A stretch of DNA of 64,000 nt from Carcharhinus longimanus (Eukaryota). The translations under genes were made by a program, and so were the position numbers. Under the pieces are notes generated by a model. It saw only the letters and a list, made by a program, of their open reading frames with translations, ran no database searches and was not told the DNA's origin. Below are positions 11,338 to 24,601 of this stretch, in pieces. Where the stretch lies: NCBI GenBank assembly GCA_030264375.1, contig JASCQW010000001.1, positions 118,627,304 through 118,691,303 of the forward strand, in the 5' to 3' direction. Position 1 is the stretch's first letter. Each line of letters opens with the position of its first letter.

Positions 11338-14239
11338 TTGATGGCAAAGTAATGTTTGTTCTCAGAAAGACAAATATTTTTACAACTAAACAAACACAGA
11401 AGATTAATAAAATAGAAAAGTTAAAACAATTAATCTAATTTTGAATTAGTTCAAACAAGATTTTCCTTTGCATCTGCTTCGCAGTCACTTTTTGACAAAC
11501 TGAGGCTTAACTAGATATTAGTGCCAGAGATATTTTGACATACTGAATGTCATAACGTATCAAATATTACCACTTGTCAATGAAATTTTAAAGAACAAAT
11601 CTACTTTGAACTTTCTTAATATTGCCTTTATGCTACAGGATTGTCACTGGAATTTGCTTTGGGTTACCCCAAACAATTAGAATTGAACTATGCTGCCACC
11701 TCTATTTAATTATTAAGAGAATGGGGCCTGCTAGCCCCTGGCAGAACCCTGATGGTCCATGGAATTGGACATCGGCCTAAAATGGGATTATTGCTGGGTG
11801 ACAAACCCGTCACGATGCTCCTAGCCCCGTCCTGCCGGCCCAGATAAGGTTCCCATCCCAAGCAAATGGGAACCCAACAATAAAGCAAAACCCCTCATCT
11901 GCATGTGACTGGCGGGCTGGCAGTCTGATTCAATAGCCTCCCGCAATGTACCCACCCTCCCAGCAGACGTCTACTAGGTGATTTTGCCTTGCACTCTGAC
12001 AGGGGTGGGGGTAGCAGATTGGTAATTGCTGTGCCCATGTGCCATGTTAGGTGTTAATATTCCTTTATAAAGTGCTCTTAGAGAAACTACCCATCAGTTT
12101 TGTCTGGAAGATGCTTTCTCGCATAAAGCACAGCTGTTCTGAAAGCCCTTTGAAATGCTTTGATGGTTAGTTTCACTGGGAGTTACCGTCTATCATTGAA
12201 AGAATAGCATCTGGTGTCTGGATCCTTTGAAGTGGTATGATTGACAGGGTGGATAATTTACAAGATCTCATTTCCATTTTTTAACTGCAATTTTGCAGGC
12301 TTCCAGGTGTTCATGGGGCATGGATATCAAAGTGACCAGGGCACTTCAAAGGTTTTAAAGGACAGAGCCAATAACGACAATCTTATTCCAGAATGCCATC
12401 TGAAATCACCATCCTGAAAGTGCCCACTTTCCCAAAGTAACAAGGACAACTGTAGCCACGAGACCTCTATCCCAGAGGAGAGTCCAGATGTCAACCGCTG
12501 AGACCACCTAGCCCACCACCTCTCATTTCCCTGGGGGGTGGGGGGCAGGGTCCTCCCTCTGCAGTCTGGCAGTGGCAGGTGCATAAGGGCACAGCACTTA
12601 CCTGTCTGCTCCCCTTCAGAGTCCAAGGTTCCTGGTCAGGATGTCAGGGGCACTGCAAGATTGGTACTGCCAAGGGGTAGTGCCTGAAAGGGAGGGACTG
12701 ATGGGACCCTATCTCAGGGTATCTCTCTTCTGAGGGAGGGGGAAGTGGTCATGCTTGTGTCCAGCTGGTGTGGGTGGGGGGGGAAGGGCTGGTGAGGAGG
12801 TGACCCACTCTTTCAGTGGTGAGGTGGGGGGTGCGGGATGTCCTTCTGTTCTGAAGCACTGTGGGTGAATCCTGCCTCTCAGAAGGAGATTGTGCGCCCT
12901 TTAAAGCTGGCACCCTGAACTTTTAAAGCTGGGCTTGCCAGGGTGTTTAACATTTTGAATATTTAAACAAGCTAAACATGGGAGACGCTGCTGACGCCAG
13001 CAGGAAATACTCTTGCTTTCCCATTGGTGGGAGCACTTACAGCTGATTAGACTGAATCACATCCTGGAGCTGATGTGGATGCAAGACTTCCTCCTCAACA
13101 AAAATCAACAACCTAATTCTTGAGACACTGAGGCTCATCAGGGGGAGGGAGGGTGCCATTGATAATGGGGTGCAAGAGACATTCACCCCCCCTAGACTGG
13201 CTAACTCTAAGGGTCAGGNNNNNNNNNNNNNNNNNNNNNNNNNNNNNNNNNNNNNNNNNNNNNNNNNNNNNNNNNNNNNNNNNNNNNNNNNNNNNNNNNN
13301 NNNNNNNNNNNNNNNNNNNNNNNNNNNNNNNNNNNNNNNNNNNNNNNNNNNNNNNNNNNNNNNNNNNNNNNNNNNNNNNNNNNNNNNNNNNNNNNNNNNN
13401 NNNNNNNNNNNNNNNNNNNNNNNNNNNNNNNNNNNNNNNNNNNNNNNNNNNNNNNNNNNNNNNNNNNNNNNNNNNNNNNNNNNNNNNNNNNNNNNNNNNN
13501 NNNNNNNNNNNNNNNNNNNNNNNNNNNNNNNNNNNNNNNNNNNNNNNNNNNNNNNNNNNNNNNNNNNNNNNNNNNNNNNNNNNNNNNNNNNNNNNNNNNN
13601 NNNNNNNNNNNNNNNNNNNNNNNNNNNNNNNNNNNNNNNNNNNNNNNNNNNNNNNNNNNNNNNNNNNNNNNNNNNNNNNNNNNNNNNNNNNNNNNNNNNN
13701 NNNNNNNNNNNNNNNNNNNNNNNNNNNNNNNNNNNNNNNNNNNNNNNNNNNNNNNNNNNNNNNNNNNNNNNNNNNNNNNNNNNNNNCTCAAACCCCACCC
13801 CCCCCCGTCTCTACCCTGTTGGGTACAGGGCCCCTCCCCCCACCACCCTGCTGAGCTATAGGGCCCCCTTCCCACCCACCCTGCTGGGCTACAGGGCCCC
13901 TACCTGCCCCCCTAACCCCAGGACGTACCTTTCCGGGACAGCCATCCATCACCTTTGTGCTCCTTCTTTTAGTCTCAGCAGCACCCACAACTGAGCATCA
14001 GTGCTGCCAGGACTGCTGGAGCTACCGATCAGTTAGATTGGCCAGCAGCTCCTGAGGATTACCTCCCACCTAACAGCAGAAGTAGTACCCTCAACCACTG
14101 TCGCCCACCTGGAGTGTGATATGATTGTGGGGCTGTCAGCCAACTTTCCTTCAGGAGAGCGGTCGCCTCCCCTCAAATTCCCGCACCGCTTGAAAAGTAG
14201 CCCTTTCTGTACATTTTTGAATTGCGCTCTGTATATTCA

Positions 14240-14800
14240 AGCCTAGGTCATTAATATATATGTGAAAGAAAAGGGTCCTAACATAGATCCTTCAGCGTAA
14301 CATATTGAAGGACTGATAATCCCAACTTATACTGCTGGCTGCCCCATTACTGACTGTCTGGGGACAGTGAAGCTTCATACGCATCTGCTCAAACACATGT
14401 AGAGCTCTGTTTATCAACACTTGCATGCTGGTTCAACTTTTGACCCACTATATGGTAACATTAAAATAATTCAAGTTAAATTTAGAGAAGCTCTCAGGTG
14501 ATTCAATAAATGATCTGCAACCATTTTAAACATGGCTCTGCTCTGGACTGTGGTCCTCACATAGACCCCTGAGAGAACCTTCCCCCAATCTGGAAAAATG
14601 TTCACTGCTGCTCTCTGTTTCCTGTTACTTAACCAAATTCATATCCACGCTGCTACTGCCCCTTTTATTTTCATTTTGTTTACAGGCTTGTTTATCAAAA
14701 GCCCTTTGAAGTCCAAGCACATTTCATCAACCACGTCACCCTCATCAACCTGGTCAAAAAAATTCAACTTAGTTAATCACAGTTTGCCCTTAATAAATCC
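14240..14800 (-). mobile_element. Old CR1 RT fragment interrupted by a duplicated segment
   Basis: GSVLGP...IYINDL-like region at 14243-14290, continuing after 14552. Confidence 0.5.
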
Positions 14801-15455
14801 ATACTTGCCTACACTCTCCTACCATTCATTCTTGGTGCATGTCGAGTTTCCTGATCAGAAATTGCAATAAATTGTTCTCTCTCTATTTGAAACTCTCACA
14901 TAAAATAGATAACATTAAAGTTGTAAAAACCTGCCAGATAGAAGTAAAGGACCATAACAGAATGCAGCTGTTTAGTCTCAGTGTGATTTAGAGAGAAGCA
15001 CAGCTGTGTTTTGGAACTTGATTCCCAACATTAAGATTTCACCGTCAGAGAAAATACAGATTAATCAAAAAATGCACTTCTGTATTTCAAAAATGTCACC
15101 AACCACTTCAATGTACCAGAATTCAAATACAGAAGCCAAGAATTATCTGGCACACTAAAGGTACATTTGTGCATGTACCTGTCTCAAGCTGGTATTAATC
15201 CACAGTGTTGAAGGACTGATAACCCTAAGTTATACTGTTGGCTGCCCCATTACTGACTGTCTGGGAACAGTGGAGCTTCATACGCATCTGCTCAATCACA
15301 TGTAGAGCTCTGTTTATCAATATTCGCATGCTGGTTCAACTTTTGACCCACTATATGGTAACATTAAAAGAGGTCAAGTTTAGAGAAATTCTCAGGTGAT
15401 TCAATGAATGATTTGTAACCATTTTAAACGTGGCTCTCCTCTGTGTTGTAGTCAT
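14305..15455 (+). repeat. ~250-bp direct repeat pair (14305-14551 and 15208-15455)
   Basis: Both copies run from ttgaaggactgataa to attttaaac(a/g)tggctct, roughly 85-90% identical by eye. Confidence 0.9.
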
Positions 15456-15460
15456 ACTTC

Positions 15461-16276
15461 AGAGGTTGCGAGCGTGGATAGAGGATTGGTTGTCAAATAG
15501 GAGGCAGAGAGTGGGGGTCAATGGGTACTATTCAGATTGGCGGTTGGTGACTAGTGGAGTGCCCCAAGGGTCGGTGCTGGGGCCTCAGCTATCTACCATT
15601 TACATAGATGATCTGGAGGAGGGAACCGAGTGTATGGTGTCGAAATTTGCTGATGACACCAAGATTGGTGNNNNNNNNNNNNNNNNNNNNNNNNNNNNNN
15701 NNNNNNNNNNNNNNNNNNNNNNNNNNNNNNNNNNNNNNNNNNNNNNNNNNNNNNNNNNNNNNNNNNNNNNNNNNNNNNNNNNNNNNNNNNNNNNNNNNNN
15801 NNNNNNNNNNNNNNNNNNNNNNNNNNNNNNNNNNNNNNNNNNNNNNNNNNNNNNNNNNNNNNNNNNNNNNNNNNNNNNNNNNNNNNNNNNNNNNNNNNNN
15901 NNNNNNNNNNNNNNNNNNNNNNNNNNNNNNNNNNNNNNNNNNNNNNNNNNNNNNNNNNNNNNNNNNNNNNNNNNNNNNNNNNNNNNNNNNNNNNNNNNNN
16001 NNNNNNNNNNNNNNNNNNNNNNNNNNNNNNNNNNNNNNNNNNNNNNNNNNNNNNNNNNNNNNNNNNNNNNNNNNNNNNNNNNNNNNNNNNNNNNNNNNNN
16101 NNNNNNNNNNNNNNNNNNNNNNNNNNNNNNNNNNNNNNNNNNNNNNNNNNNNNNNNNNNNNNNNNNNNNNNNNNNNNNNNNNNNNNNNNNNNNNNNNNNN
16201 NNNNCTTATTGAATGGCGGGGCAGGCTCGAAGGGCTAGATGGCCTACTCCTGCTCCTATTTCTTATGTTCTTATGT
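15461..16276 (+). mobile_element. Young 5'-truncated CR1 LINE (RT) spanning an N gap
   Basis: [17 protein letters not shown]...[23 protein letters not shown]...[10 protein letters not shown], and the ttcttatgttcttatg tail. Confidence 0.9.
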
Positions 16277-16895
16277 ACATGGCCGTCCTCATGACTTTTG
16301 CTTGCACGCCCTAGAGCGAGTGACCCTGTACAAAAATCACACAATACAATTTGTCTTCATGCAAGTTTGATGCTATAATTGGCCATGTTGTTTTTAGAAC
16401 AGTTGTGTTAATAGATTACCATTACCAATGCTGGGAGTTCCTAATATTTCACATTTTGCCGTGTATGTCCTCCAATGCACATGAATAATAATATAATGCA
16501 CGTGAAAAACAAAGAACCCATAAGCTGTTATTACTTCATTCCACATCAATTTTTAAATAGATTCCATCAAAATGATCAGATTTATCTAAAGCAACATGTT
16601 TTGTTTGTGTTTGTCTTCAGAATTTATTATCCTTTCACTTTACTGCCAGCTATTAACAAAGTAAATGAGATGGCATTATTGGCATTCAAGATGCCACACA
16701 ATACCAGATTGGTTAATATTTAATCATTCTTCTGAAAGGCAACACTTTCTCCTATGATAACTTTAATTCTTCCCTGAAGGTGCTGACTCCTTACTGTCTT
16801 GAATCACCCTTTCGATAGTTCACCCAAGCAGTGCCATGACTCAAGTATGGGTCTGTAACAACAACAACAAACAGACTATTCAGTGAGAGGCTAGA

Positions 16896-17412
16896 AAATC
16901 GCACTCAGTTCTGGGCACCCCACATTAGGAAGGGTAAGTTAGATTTGAATGGGCTGCAATGCAAATTCACCAGAATACCAGGAATGAAAAAGTTAAATGA
17001 TGAAGATAGGTTCATGTAAAATCTGGTTTATATCCCCATTAATGTAGAACATTAATGAGTTATTAAATGAGGTGATTAATCTGATTAAAAGATTTCATCA
17101 TCTAATTGGAATCTCTTTTTTTCCCCTCTAGTCGGGGAGTCCGGAACAAGGAGGGCATAGCCTTAAAACTAAATATCAGGAAACACTTCTTCACAACAAG
17201 GGTAATGGAGTTTTGGAACTCTTTTCCCCAGGAAGCTGTTGAGATGAGGTCAATTAAAAATTTTAAAACTGAGAATGATCAATTTTTGATAAGCAATTAA
17301 AGATTCTGAGACAACGCTGATAAATAGTGTTAAGAAGCAGATCAGCTATGGTTTAATCACAAGTGGAAGAGGCTCAAGGGACTGGTTGGCTTCCTCCTCT
17401 TTCTATCTTCCT
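16896..17412 (+). mobile_element. Decayed CR1 LINE 3' fragment
   Basis: QFWAPH.RK and RKHFFTTRVMEFWNSFPQEAVE motifs. Confidence 0.7.
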
Positions 17413-18437
17413 GTGTGATCCTGTCTTCTTCTGGTATATATATACTTCTGGAAGAAATCACGAAATATCAGCTGGAAGCAGGAAATCTTAACACTTCTCC
17501 ACTAGTAACCCAAAAAGCCCAGGTAAATTATAACACTCCAACTATCATGTACTTTCACCATCACCAGTCTGAGAATAGTTATTTTAACAGAGACTAGACT
17601 CAATTCTAGGATGTTCCTCACCGATTTGACAATTTCCTGAAACCCTGGAGAACCCTCTTCCAAAAAGGTTATTCAGTAAGTCTTCGAATTGCAAATTATC
17701 CCACAAATAGTGGAGAAAGCAGGCATTAGAGAAGTTTGGGAGGACACCGTCAGAATCTGTACTCTTTGGCTTGCTAAGAAATAATCTATTTCAAACTAGG
17801 CCTTACAGTTAGTATTAGAAGAAAATTGATATTAATACTGCATCAGATTTGTTTCATCAATTGGAACAGTAGAGGGTGCTGTAACCCTTCCCATGTCTTT
17901 ACTGAACCATCCCTATTTAGAATGGCATCTGCCATCTTGGGAAGCCTCATTTAAAATTAAACATGATGACTAATTATAACCCCAATATATTTACTTTAAT
18001 ATGCTCTGTGCATCAAGCTAGCTGCAATATATTGCTATGATACTATAATACACTAAACACTGCATCAGAATTGCACTCTTGCAATTGGCATTCATTGGCA
18101 TTCAAATTGCATTTAATGCAATTGGCATTTAGCAATTACCTGTAACACCTGTGCTTCACACTTCCTCATTTGTAGTTGTTCCAAATCAAGAGCTACTGAT
18201 CTTGGAAACATTTTGATCCATAGGCAATTAACATTTTAATATCATGCTATTAAATATAACTGGGATCATGTTCCAGTCTATGAGACACATGTAAATGCAT
18301 GCCTATGATATCATTAGATATCCAGAGATCCTGCTTTACATTAAAGAGCATCATCAGTGTCAAGAGTATCATTTTTCCGCCATCATTGACACATTTTCAG
18401 CATATAAAGTCCTGTAAAAGTACCATTAGTCTGTAAT

Positions 18438-18600
18438 GAAAGCAGAAAAAGCTGAAAATATTCAGCAAGTCAGGTGGAATCTGCAGAGATAGAAACAAAG
18501 TTAACATTTCAAGTTTTTTATCAGAACTCACTAACATACTGAATATTCCCAGTTTTTTCTATTTTCCTTTCAGATTTCCAGCATCCACATATTTTGCTTT
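18438..18600. mobile_element. Penelope-derived short repeat, inverted fragments
   Basis: Reverse complement of the ctgatga...gaaa...ttaact...cagat...cctgacttgctgaatattttcagc unit also seen at 31266-31473. Confidence 0.5.
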
Positions 18601-18930
18601 TTCAACACTGGTTGCTGCCCTGCAGATTTCCCTGATCGTTTGCAGTCATAACATTCTGTTAGTTTTGAAACTTGTCTGTGAATGTGAACCACATCCCACT
18701 TTACAGTGACACATGTCACAGCAGTGTACTTCCAACTTTGTTTTAACTTGAAAAACATAGTCACTATAAATGTGGCATTTTAATAAATGAGTGATCACTC
18801 AAAAGTGTTAAAGCATTATATACAAGGGAATATATTTTACTTCATTTGTTTCTTTAGGAACATGCTGAGCATATTTGTTTGATTTACTTTGTTTGGTGAT
18901 ATTGCGCAGTTATAATCTTCAATTACTACA

Positions 18931-19217
18931 GCGGCACAGTGGTACAATTGTTAGCACTGCTGCCTCACATGCCAGGGATCTGGGTTCGATTCCTGGCTTG
19001 GGTCACGATCTGTACGTTTTTCCTGTGCATGTGTGGGTTTCCTCTGGGTGCTCTGGTTTCCTCCCACATCCAAAGACGCGCAGGTTAGATACACTGGCAA
19101 AGCTAAATTCTCCCTCAGTGTATCCAAACAAGCGCCAGAGTGTGGTGACTAGGGGATTTTCACAGTAACTTTAGTACAGTGTGAGTCTAAGTCTACTTGT
19201 GACTAATAAATAAACTT
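18931..19217 (+). mobile_element. tRNA-derived SINE
   Basis: gcggcacagtgg...ttagcactgctgcctcac (A box), gggttcgattcc (B box), tail gtgactaataaataaactt. Confidence 0.85.
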
Positions 19218-19884
19218 AATCTGCAAGTCACAGACAAATGTGACTGATAATTAAATTTATCTGTGCCACAAGGTGGCAATATTACACCACACAGTGGTTA
19301 ACAATGAACAAGATGCCAGTACTGACTTCCAATTCTACTTAAACTGAGTTTCAATGGAGGTGGAAAAATAACCCTACCTGCATCCATATCCACAATAACG
19401 AGGCCCATGGATGTACCACATTTAATGTTGGGAAAATATCCCAAAGCAACTCACAATTCTTCAAGCAAGGAAAAAAATGTATTAAAACCAAAGGAGAAAT
19501 TGGACCCGATTTTAGTTCTCCAAAGGGATGGAGAGTTTGAGAGTTAAAATCCTGCCCACCAGTAATTAGGAGGAGCAGTCAAAAGTTTGGTCAAAGAGTT
19601 GGGCTTTTTAAAAGGTCTTAAGGAGGAAGGGCAGGTAGTTTCAGAAGGCGATGCCTTGTCAGCTCAAGGAACTACTGCTGCTGGGATGAAAGTCAGAGTT
19701 GAAGAGACAGAAAAGTTCTGAGAATGGTATTTTTTACGACTACTGCTTTGCTCCTGAGGCTGGGAGTGAACCACTTCACAATGTGCTCTCCCTGCTTCTG
19801 GAAGGAAGTGCATGGCCCAGCTTCATGTTAAGATGTCCCTGACAAATGAGATGTCCTCAAGTTCCAGTGTCTCGTTAAACTTAC

Positions 19885-20098
19885 CGGTGGAGTGAGTAGC
19901 CTGGAAACCTTTCCTTTGTACAGATGCATCAGAAACAAATCTGATAAACATTTTGTTTCCAGTGGAGATGACAGGAGCTGGAATGATGCCGCCGCAGAAT
20001 CGGCCCAGGATTGCAAATTTATCAGTCTCTCCATCAAACACTTCTAGATGATCATAAGCACATTCCTGGTGCTGTTCAATTTCAAATTCATTGAAAGT
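19885..20098 (-). CDS. TLL1: Tolloid-like 1 exon, CUB4 C-terminal part ([71 protein letters not shown])
   Basis: Acceptor ttttcccatag|ACT, donor ACCG|gtaagt, 214 bp, phase 0 to 1. [14 protein letters not shown] and [16 protein letters not shown] are TLL-type. Confidence 0.95.
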
Positions 20099-21689
20099 CT
20101 ATGGGAAAAAAAACACAATTGACTGTGAAATGTTTTCTCCTGACATACACCTGTATTGCACAGTAAAAATGCTTATTAATATCCAGATCAACCACCAAGA
20201 GGGGAAATGACATTGATTGGGAAGAATTCTCCATTTCAGTGAAATGTCAGAGAATTTATTCACTTCTTTTTGTTTTAGTTTCACTATGGATTCAAGTAAT
20301 GAATTGCAGTCCTTGATCATGAAAGACATATGCTGTTTGGATGTAAGCATATGACCTAATCTCCAAACAGCAAGATTGTAAAGGTTAGATTTAAGGTAGC
20401 CCTCTGCGGCAGGAACCATGACAGCACTTAGTCATAGGAGAGATCCCGACTCAATATCCTGATGGCAGGAAAGCCTTCGATGATTAAGCAGGAGAACAGA
20501 AGGGGCTGATGTGGGATTCTCAGTCACTGGTGGCAGGCTGTCAATTTGGCTCATTAATCATTTGGCACCCATTATTCACGAGACCTCAGCAATTTAGTGG
20601 TACCTCCAGGAGTTAACAGGAGTGGCATGGCTTTCCCATGCCCTTGAAAAGTTGCTCAGCAAATAGTGGTCTCCTGGGTTGCAGATCCACAATGCCTCCA
20701 ATGAGATTCCCCCATCAGTCCAACATCCAGCCATAAACATGAATATAAAACTTCACATTTTATGAGGCAAACTGCTAATCTATAATACTGATGACACTGA
20801 CTCGTGCCTGACTTCAGATGACCTCATGTTCTAAAGCATTTTGTAGGACATTGTACTAAGGTAACATAGGTGTAGGGGGTGATTCTCCCAGCCTGCTGTA
20901 CCACCGGGAGACATAAGCAGAGTCCATTTAACCGGCTTTCTGCTGGGTGCCATGGCCTCCACATATTGCCAGATTTCCAGTGTTGTCAGCTCCACGCCAG
21001 AAATCAGCACGGAGCTGAATAAATTATTTGAATATTCATTTGAACCTGATTAGTGGGCATGGGACTGAAGTCCTGGAGTGTTGGTGGCCTGACCCCACTG
21101 GAGTGAAGGTGGAAGTGGGGAGGGGGTGGGGGGGGGGGCATGGCTGCACCCCCAGTGGATCAAGGGTAAAGGGTAGGTACCTCCCTGCCCCTAAGCACAC
21201 TGCAGTTCGGCTGTCCTATGGTGACCAAGGAGAGTACACTATTCACCTTGTGACTGACCATGCAGCTGGAAAGATACAATTAATCAACCAACCTAAATAT
21301 ATCATGGTTTGCATAGGCTGATGTCATTCAGAGACTTACAAACCAATGCTCATCATTATTCAACAAGCTCTATATATATAAATAATGGAAGAAGCCTCGT
21401 GTGGAATGGGTTGAATATTTTGTTTTTGTGCTGTATAATCTGTACAATTCTATGTAATGCAACAATTCTCAGTTTCCACTTTGGCAAACATCATTTCTAG
21501 AGTGTCAAACCACTTAGAAAGGAGTCTTGCATACACATTTAAAGATTAGTAACCCCCTTTCACTTACCCTCTTGTTATGGAGTGCCTTTTTGGTGAATCT
21601 GATAGATATTCGAAGCAGTAGAAGATGCTGGCCTCTGGGAAAAACATAGGGCAATGGGATTCATTTTGGATGTTTAGGATGGCTCTTGC

Positions 21690-22150
21690 ACGTGGCACAT
21701 TAGTTAGCACTGCTGCCTCACAGCCCCAGGGACCCAAGTTTGATTCCTGGCTTGGGTCACTGCCTGTGCGGAATGTGCATGTTCTCAATGTGTCTGTGTG
21801 CGTTTCCTCCCACAGTCCAATAAACCTGCTGGTTAGGTGCATTGGCCATGTTAAATTCTCCCTCAGTGTACCCGAACAGACGNNNNNNNNNNNNNNNNNN
21901 NNNNNNNNNNNNNNNNNNNNNNNNNNNNNNNNNNNNNNNNNNNNNNNNNNNNNNNNNNNNNNNNNNNNNNNNNNNNNNNNNNCCTCCCACAGTCCAATAA
22001 ACCTGCTGGTTAGGTGCATTGGCCATGTTAAATTCTCCCTCAGTGTACCCGAACAGACGTCAGAATGTGTCGACTCGGGGACTTTCACTGTAACTTCAAT
22101 GCAGTGTTAATGTAAGCCTACTTGTGACACTAATAAATAAACTTAAACTT
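21690..22150 (+). mobile_element. tRNA-derived SINE, with ~76 bp repeated on both sides of an N gap
   Basis: A/B boxes, core and taataaataaactt tail. Confidence 0.85.
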
Positions 22151-22930
22151 AGCAAAGAAACAGTTCAGGCACAATGGGGTAGATCTTCACCTTCACTACC
22201 AGTGCAGTAATCTGGTAGAGTGGATTATTGACTGTCCTTTATTGAGCTCATCTAATGACTGCTCAATGTAAAGATGTAAATCCAACCTGCTGCACTGCAT
22301 TTATGACTCTATAATAATTAAACCTTACTTTCTGAAAAAAAAAATTATTTGCATTTTGTGATCCCCGTGAGAATTTTCTCCAGCACTAAGGTTTAAGCAT
22401 GGGAAATGTAATATTTTATATTTAGTGCTGTTGTCAGTAGGCAAACTTTTACAGCTGGAGACCAGATTGGTCCTTATGTTTAAATTCAAAATTCACTATT
22501 TAGTCTAGACACTAATCTAAATGTTTTCTGCACTTAACGTAATTGAGAAAATTAAGTTATTTTGCAAAATGATGCCTAACGATTCTCCAAATCCTTCATC
22601 TTTTTAGAAACCTAATTACTCACTCAGAGTTCAGCAATTATGCATCAAGGATTTAGCCTGAAATCAGATTTACAAATGGAATAACTCAAGGATCTGCAAG
22701 TTGATTTTTAATAGCTAAAGGCTGCTCTCATCTTGCAATATGGTATATCATGTTCTTTTCTGTATGTGCACTGCTCCCACTAGGGCTAGAATTTCGAAGC
22801 AGAAGGGAGAGGCTCTCTGTCTTAGCCAAAACAGCAGCAGAGGTCCAGATCCAGGGATCCTGTCCCCTAATCTGAACCACACCATTATCACAGTGGAGGA
22901 GAGGAGATAAGTTCTAATGAGAAGAGCCAC

Positions 22931-23990
22931 AGTTTATAGAGGCAACTATGTAAATTAAAGTGAAGCTGCCTCAGCCAGATCTGGTTTTCACTAGTGGGGT
23001 GTCTAAAACACACCTTGTGCACGATAGACTTTCTAGAGGGTTTAAAGCTGCCTGGGTTCTTTGGAGAAGTAGGGTATTCAATTGGAGAGGTAAGGTACCG
23101 TTTTAGATATGGCTCTGGCACACCTTTGGGAGAGGTCAGGTGTCCTATGCGATTGTCAGAAGTAGATATGAATTGTGCATAAACTTATTATTATAAATGT
23201 AAAGTTCATTGGAACAGTCAAGAGAACTATCAAGCTGTCAATGAATTTAAATGTACTGCCTGCTAAATGTTAAAATAAATGTGTGCAGTGCGTAAAAAAA
23301 AATCAGTATTTGCTATTTCACTCTGACTGTTGACATAAACCTGAAGTTTACCATTTTTACAATGGGATGCATGTCAGTTTAGTTCCACTGACAGCTAAAT
23401 GGTTATAAACAAAATAATTGTTAGTTTTCATAAGAGATTAAAGCAAGTTAAATGTAGTGAATGGGTTTTTATCAGAGTTTAGTTTTTGTAATAATGCATT
23501 CATCAATAGAAACTTAAGAACTGGATTTAATCTCAGCATGTGTCCTAAGGTCTGCTCATGGTGGATAATAGGTGAGTTGGCATTGCAGCTCACCTGCAAA
23601 GGATGGTGGATAGGGGTATAGGTGAGCATGATTTAGCATTAATTTGGCATGGAGCTACAAAGGGACACGAGTGCAGGTATTGGGACATAGGATGCCTGGA
23701 GAATATGAGAGAAAATAGGGGTGAGAGGAGGGGCATAGGTTGGCATGCAAGAAATGGGAGGCCATGGGGATAGGTGGAGGGTCATGACATTATATGGGTT
23801 GGTGATGAATGGGGAGATGAGGGCTAGAAGGAGGTTTTACTTCATTCATTTTTTAATATTTTCAACAAAGTACCTGAGCATCAAGGCATACCTTCATCCA
23901 GCCCGACCGTGCACCTAGTGGCCTCCAATCTTTTTCCAAGGTTGCCCACCATGATTCTCATTTTCACCTCCCACACTGGAAATCAAAACT
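22931..23990 (-). mobile_element. ~1 kb non-coding element, inverted homolog of 38600-39513
   Basis: Shared blocks, e.g. gggagaggtcaggtgtcc versus gggcacctgacctctccc. Matching pseudo-peptides LGEVRCP and ANSP.IHH.QT..LMLRLN in the ORF track. Confidence 0.7.
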
Positions 23991-24276
23991 ACTTGACACT
24001 GACAGTGGATAATTTTAGAAGAGAAAATCCTTTTCTGCATTTAATCTGTTTTCAGTTTTGGTGAAGGATTGTCACAGATTTGTTGAAATACTAGCTTTGT
24101 TGAAACAAGTGGAGAAAATATTCAGCAAAAAAGAGTGAAAGAGTTGAATTAATGCTAACTAAATTAATAAGCTTATTGCAACTTTGGACATATGACTGTA
24201 TTTAGTAAAATTAGTGCATCAGATGCAGTAATGCCAACAGGGGAAAGAAGTGTTATGTTGCACTCTTCACACTTGA

Positions 24277-24601
24277 GCAGCACAGTGGTTAGAACTGTTG
24301 CCTCACAGCTCCAGGGACCCGGGTTCGATTCCAGCCTTGAGTGATTGTGTGGAGTTTGCACATTCTTCCCAGTGTCTGCGTGGATTTCCTCCCACAGTTC
24401 AAAGAAATGCATATAAGGTGGATTAGCCATGCCAAATTTTCCCTCAATATCTATACGATGTCTAGGTTAGATGGATTAGTCATGGGAGATGTATGGGGTT
24501 GCAAGGGTAGGATGAAGGAGAGGACCTGGATGGGTTACTCTGTCAGAGAGTGCTGCAGACTCGATGGGCTGAGTGGCCTCTTCTGCACCGTAGGGATTCT
24601 A
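24277..24601 (+). mobile_element. tRNA-derived SINE with CR1-like tail
   Basis: gcagcacagtggttag, gggttcgattcc, tail ggcctcttctgcaccgtagggattctat. Confidence 0.85.

Noticed and set aside
13153-13994. Long ORFs of 190-270 aa in the ORF track (also 15430-16344)
   Set aside because: They are open only because they run through N gaps. The real part of 15430-15670 is CR1 RT.
11700-14200. GC-rich, G-run-rich tracts suggesting a promoter or CpG island (similar at 20390-21220, 25080-26060, 57870-58780)
   Set aside because: CpG-poor and resembling the interiors of non-autonomous DNA transposons seen elsewhere in the window. I could not define their boundaries well enough to annotate.
18081-18137. 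Degenerate (attggcatt)-like short repeats. Also (gcctatt)x3 at ~51207-51228 and a small tandem duplication at 47405-47447.
   Set aside because: Short slippage products with no sign of function
18931-19000. tRNA-like A/B boxes (also at 3870-3934, 21690-21750, 24277-24335)
   Set aside because: These are SINE heads followed by SINE body and tail, with no full cloverleaf
19823-19884. In-frame intronic extension of the CUB4 exon ([20 protein letters not shown])
   Set aside because: A consensus gtaagt donor sits at the expected boundary, so this is chance read-through
21806-22059. Exact ~76-bp direct repeat on both sides of a gap
   Set aside because: Typical unmerged contig overlap inside a SINE, so most likely an assembly artefact
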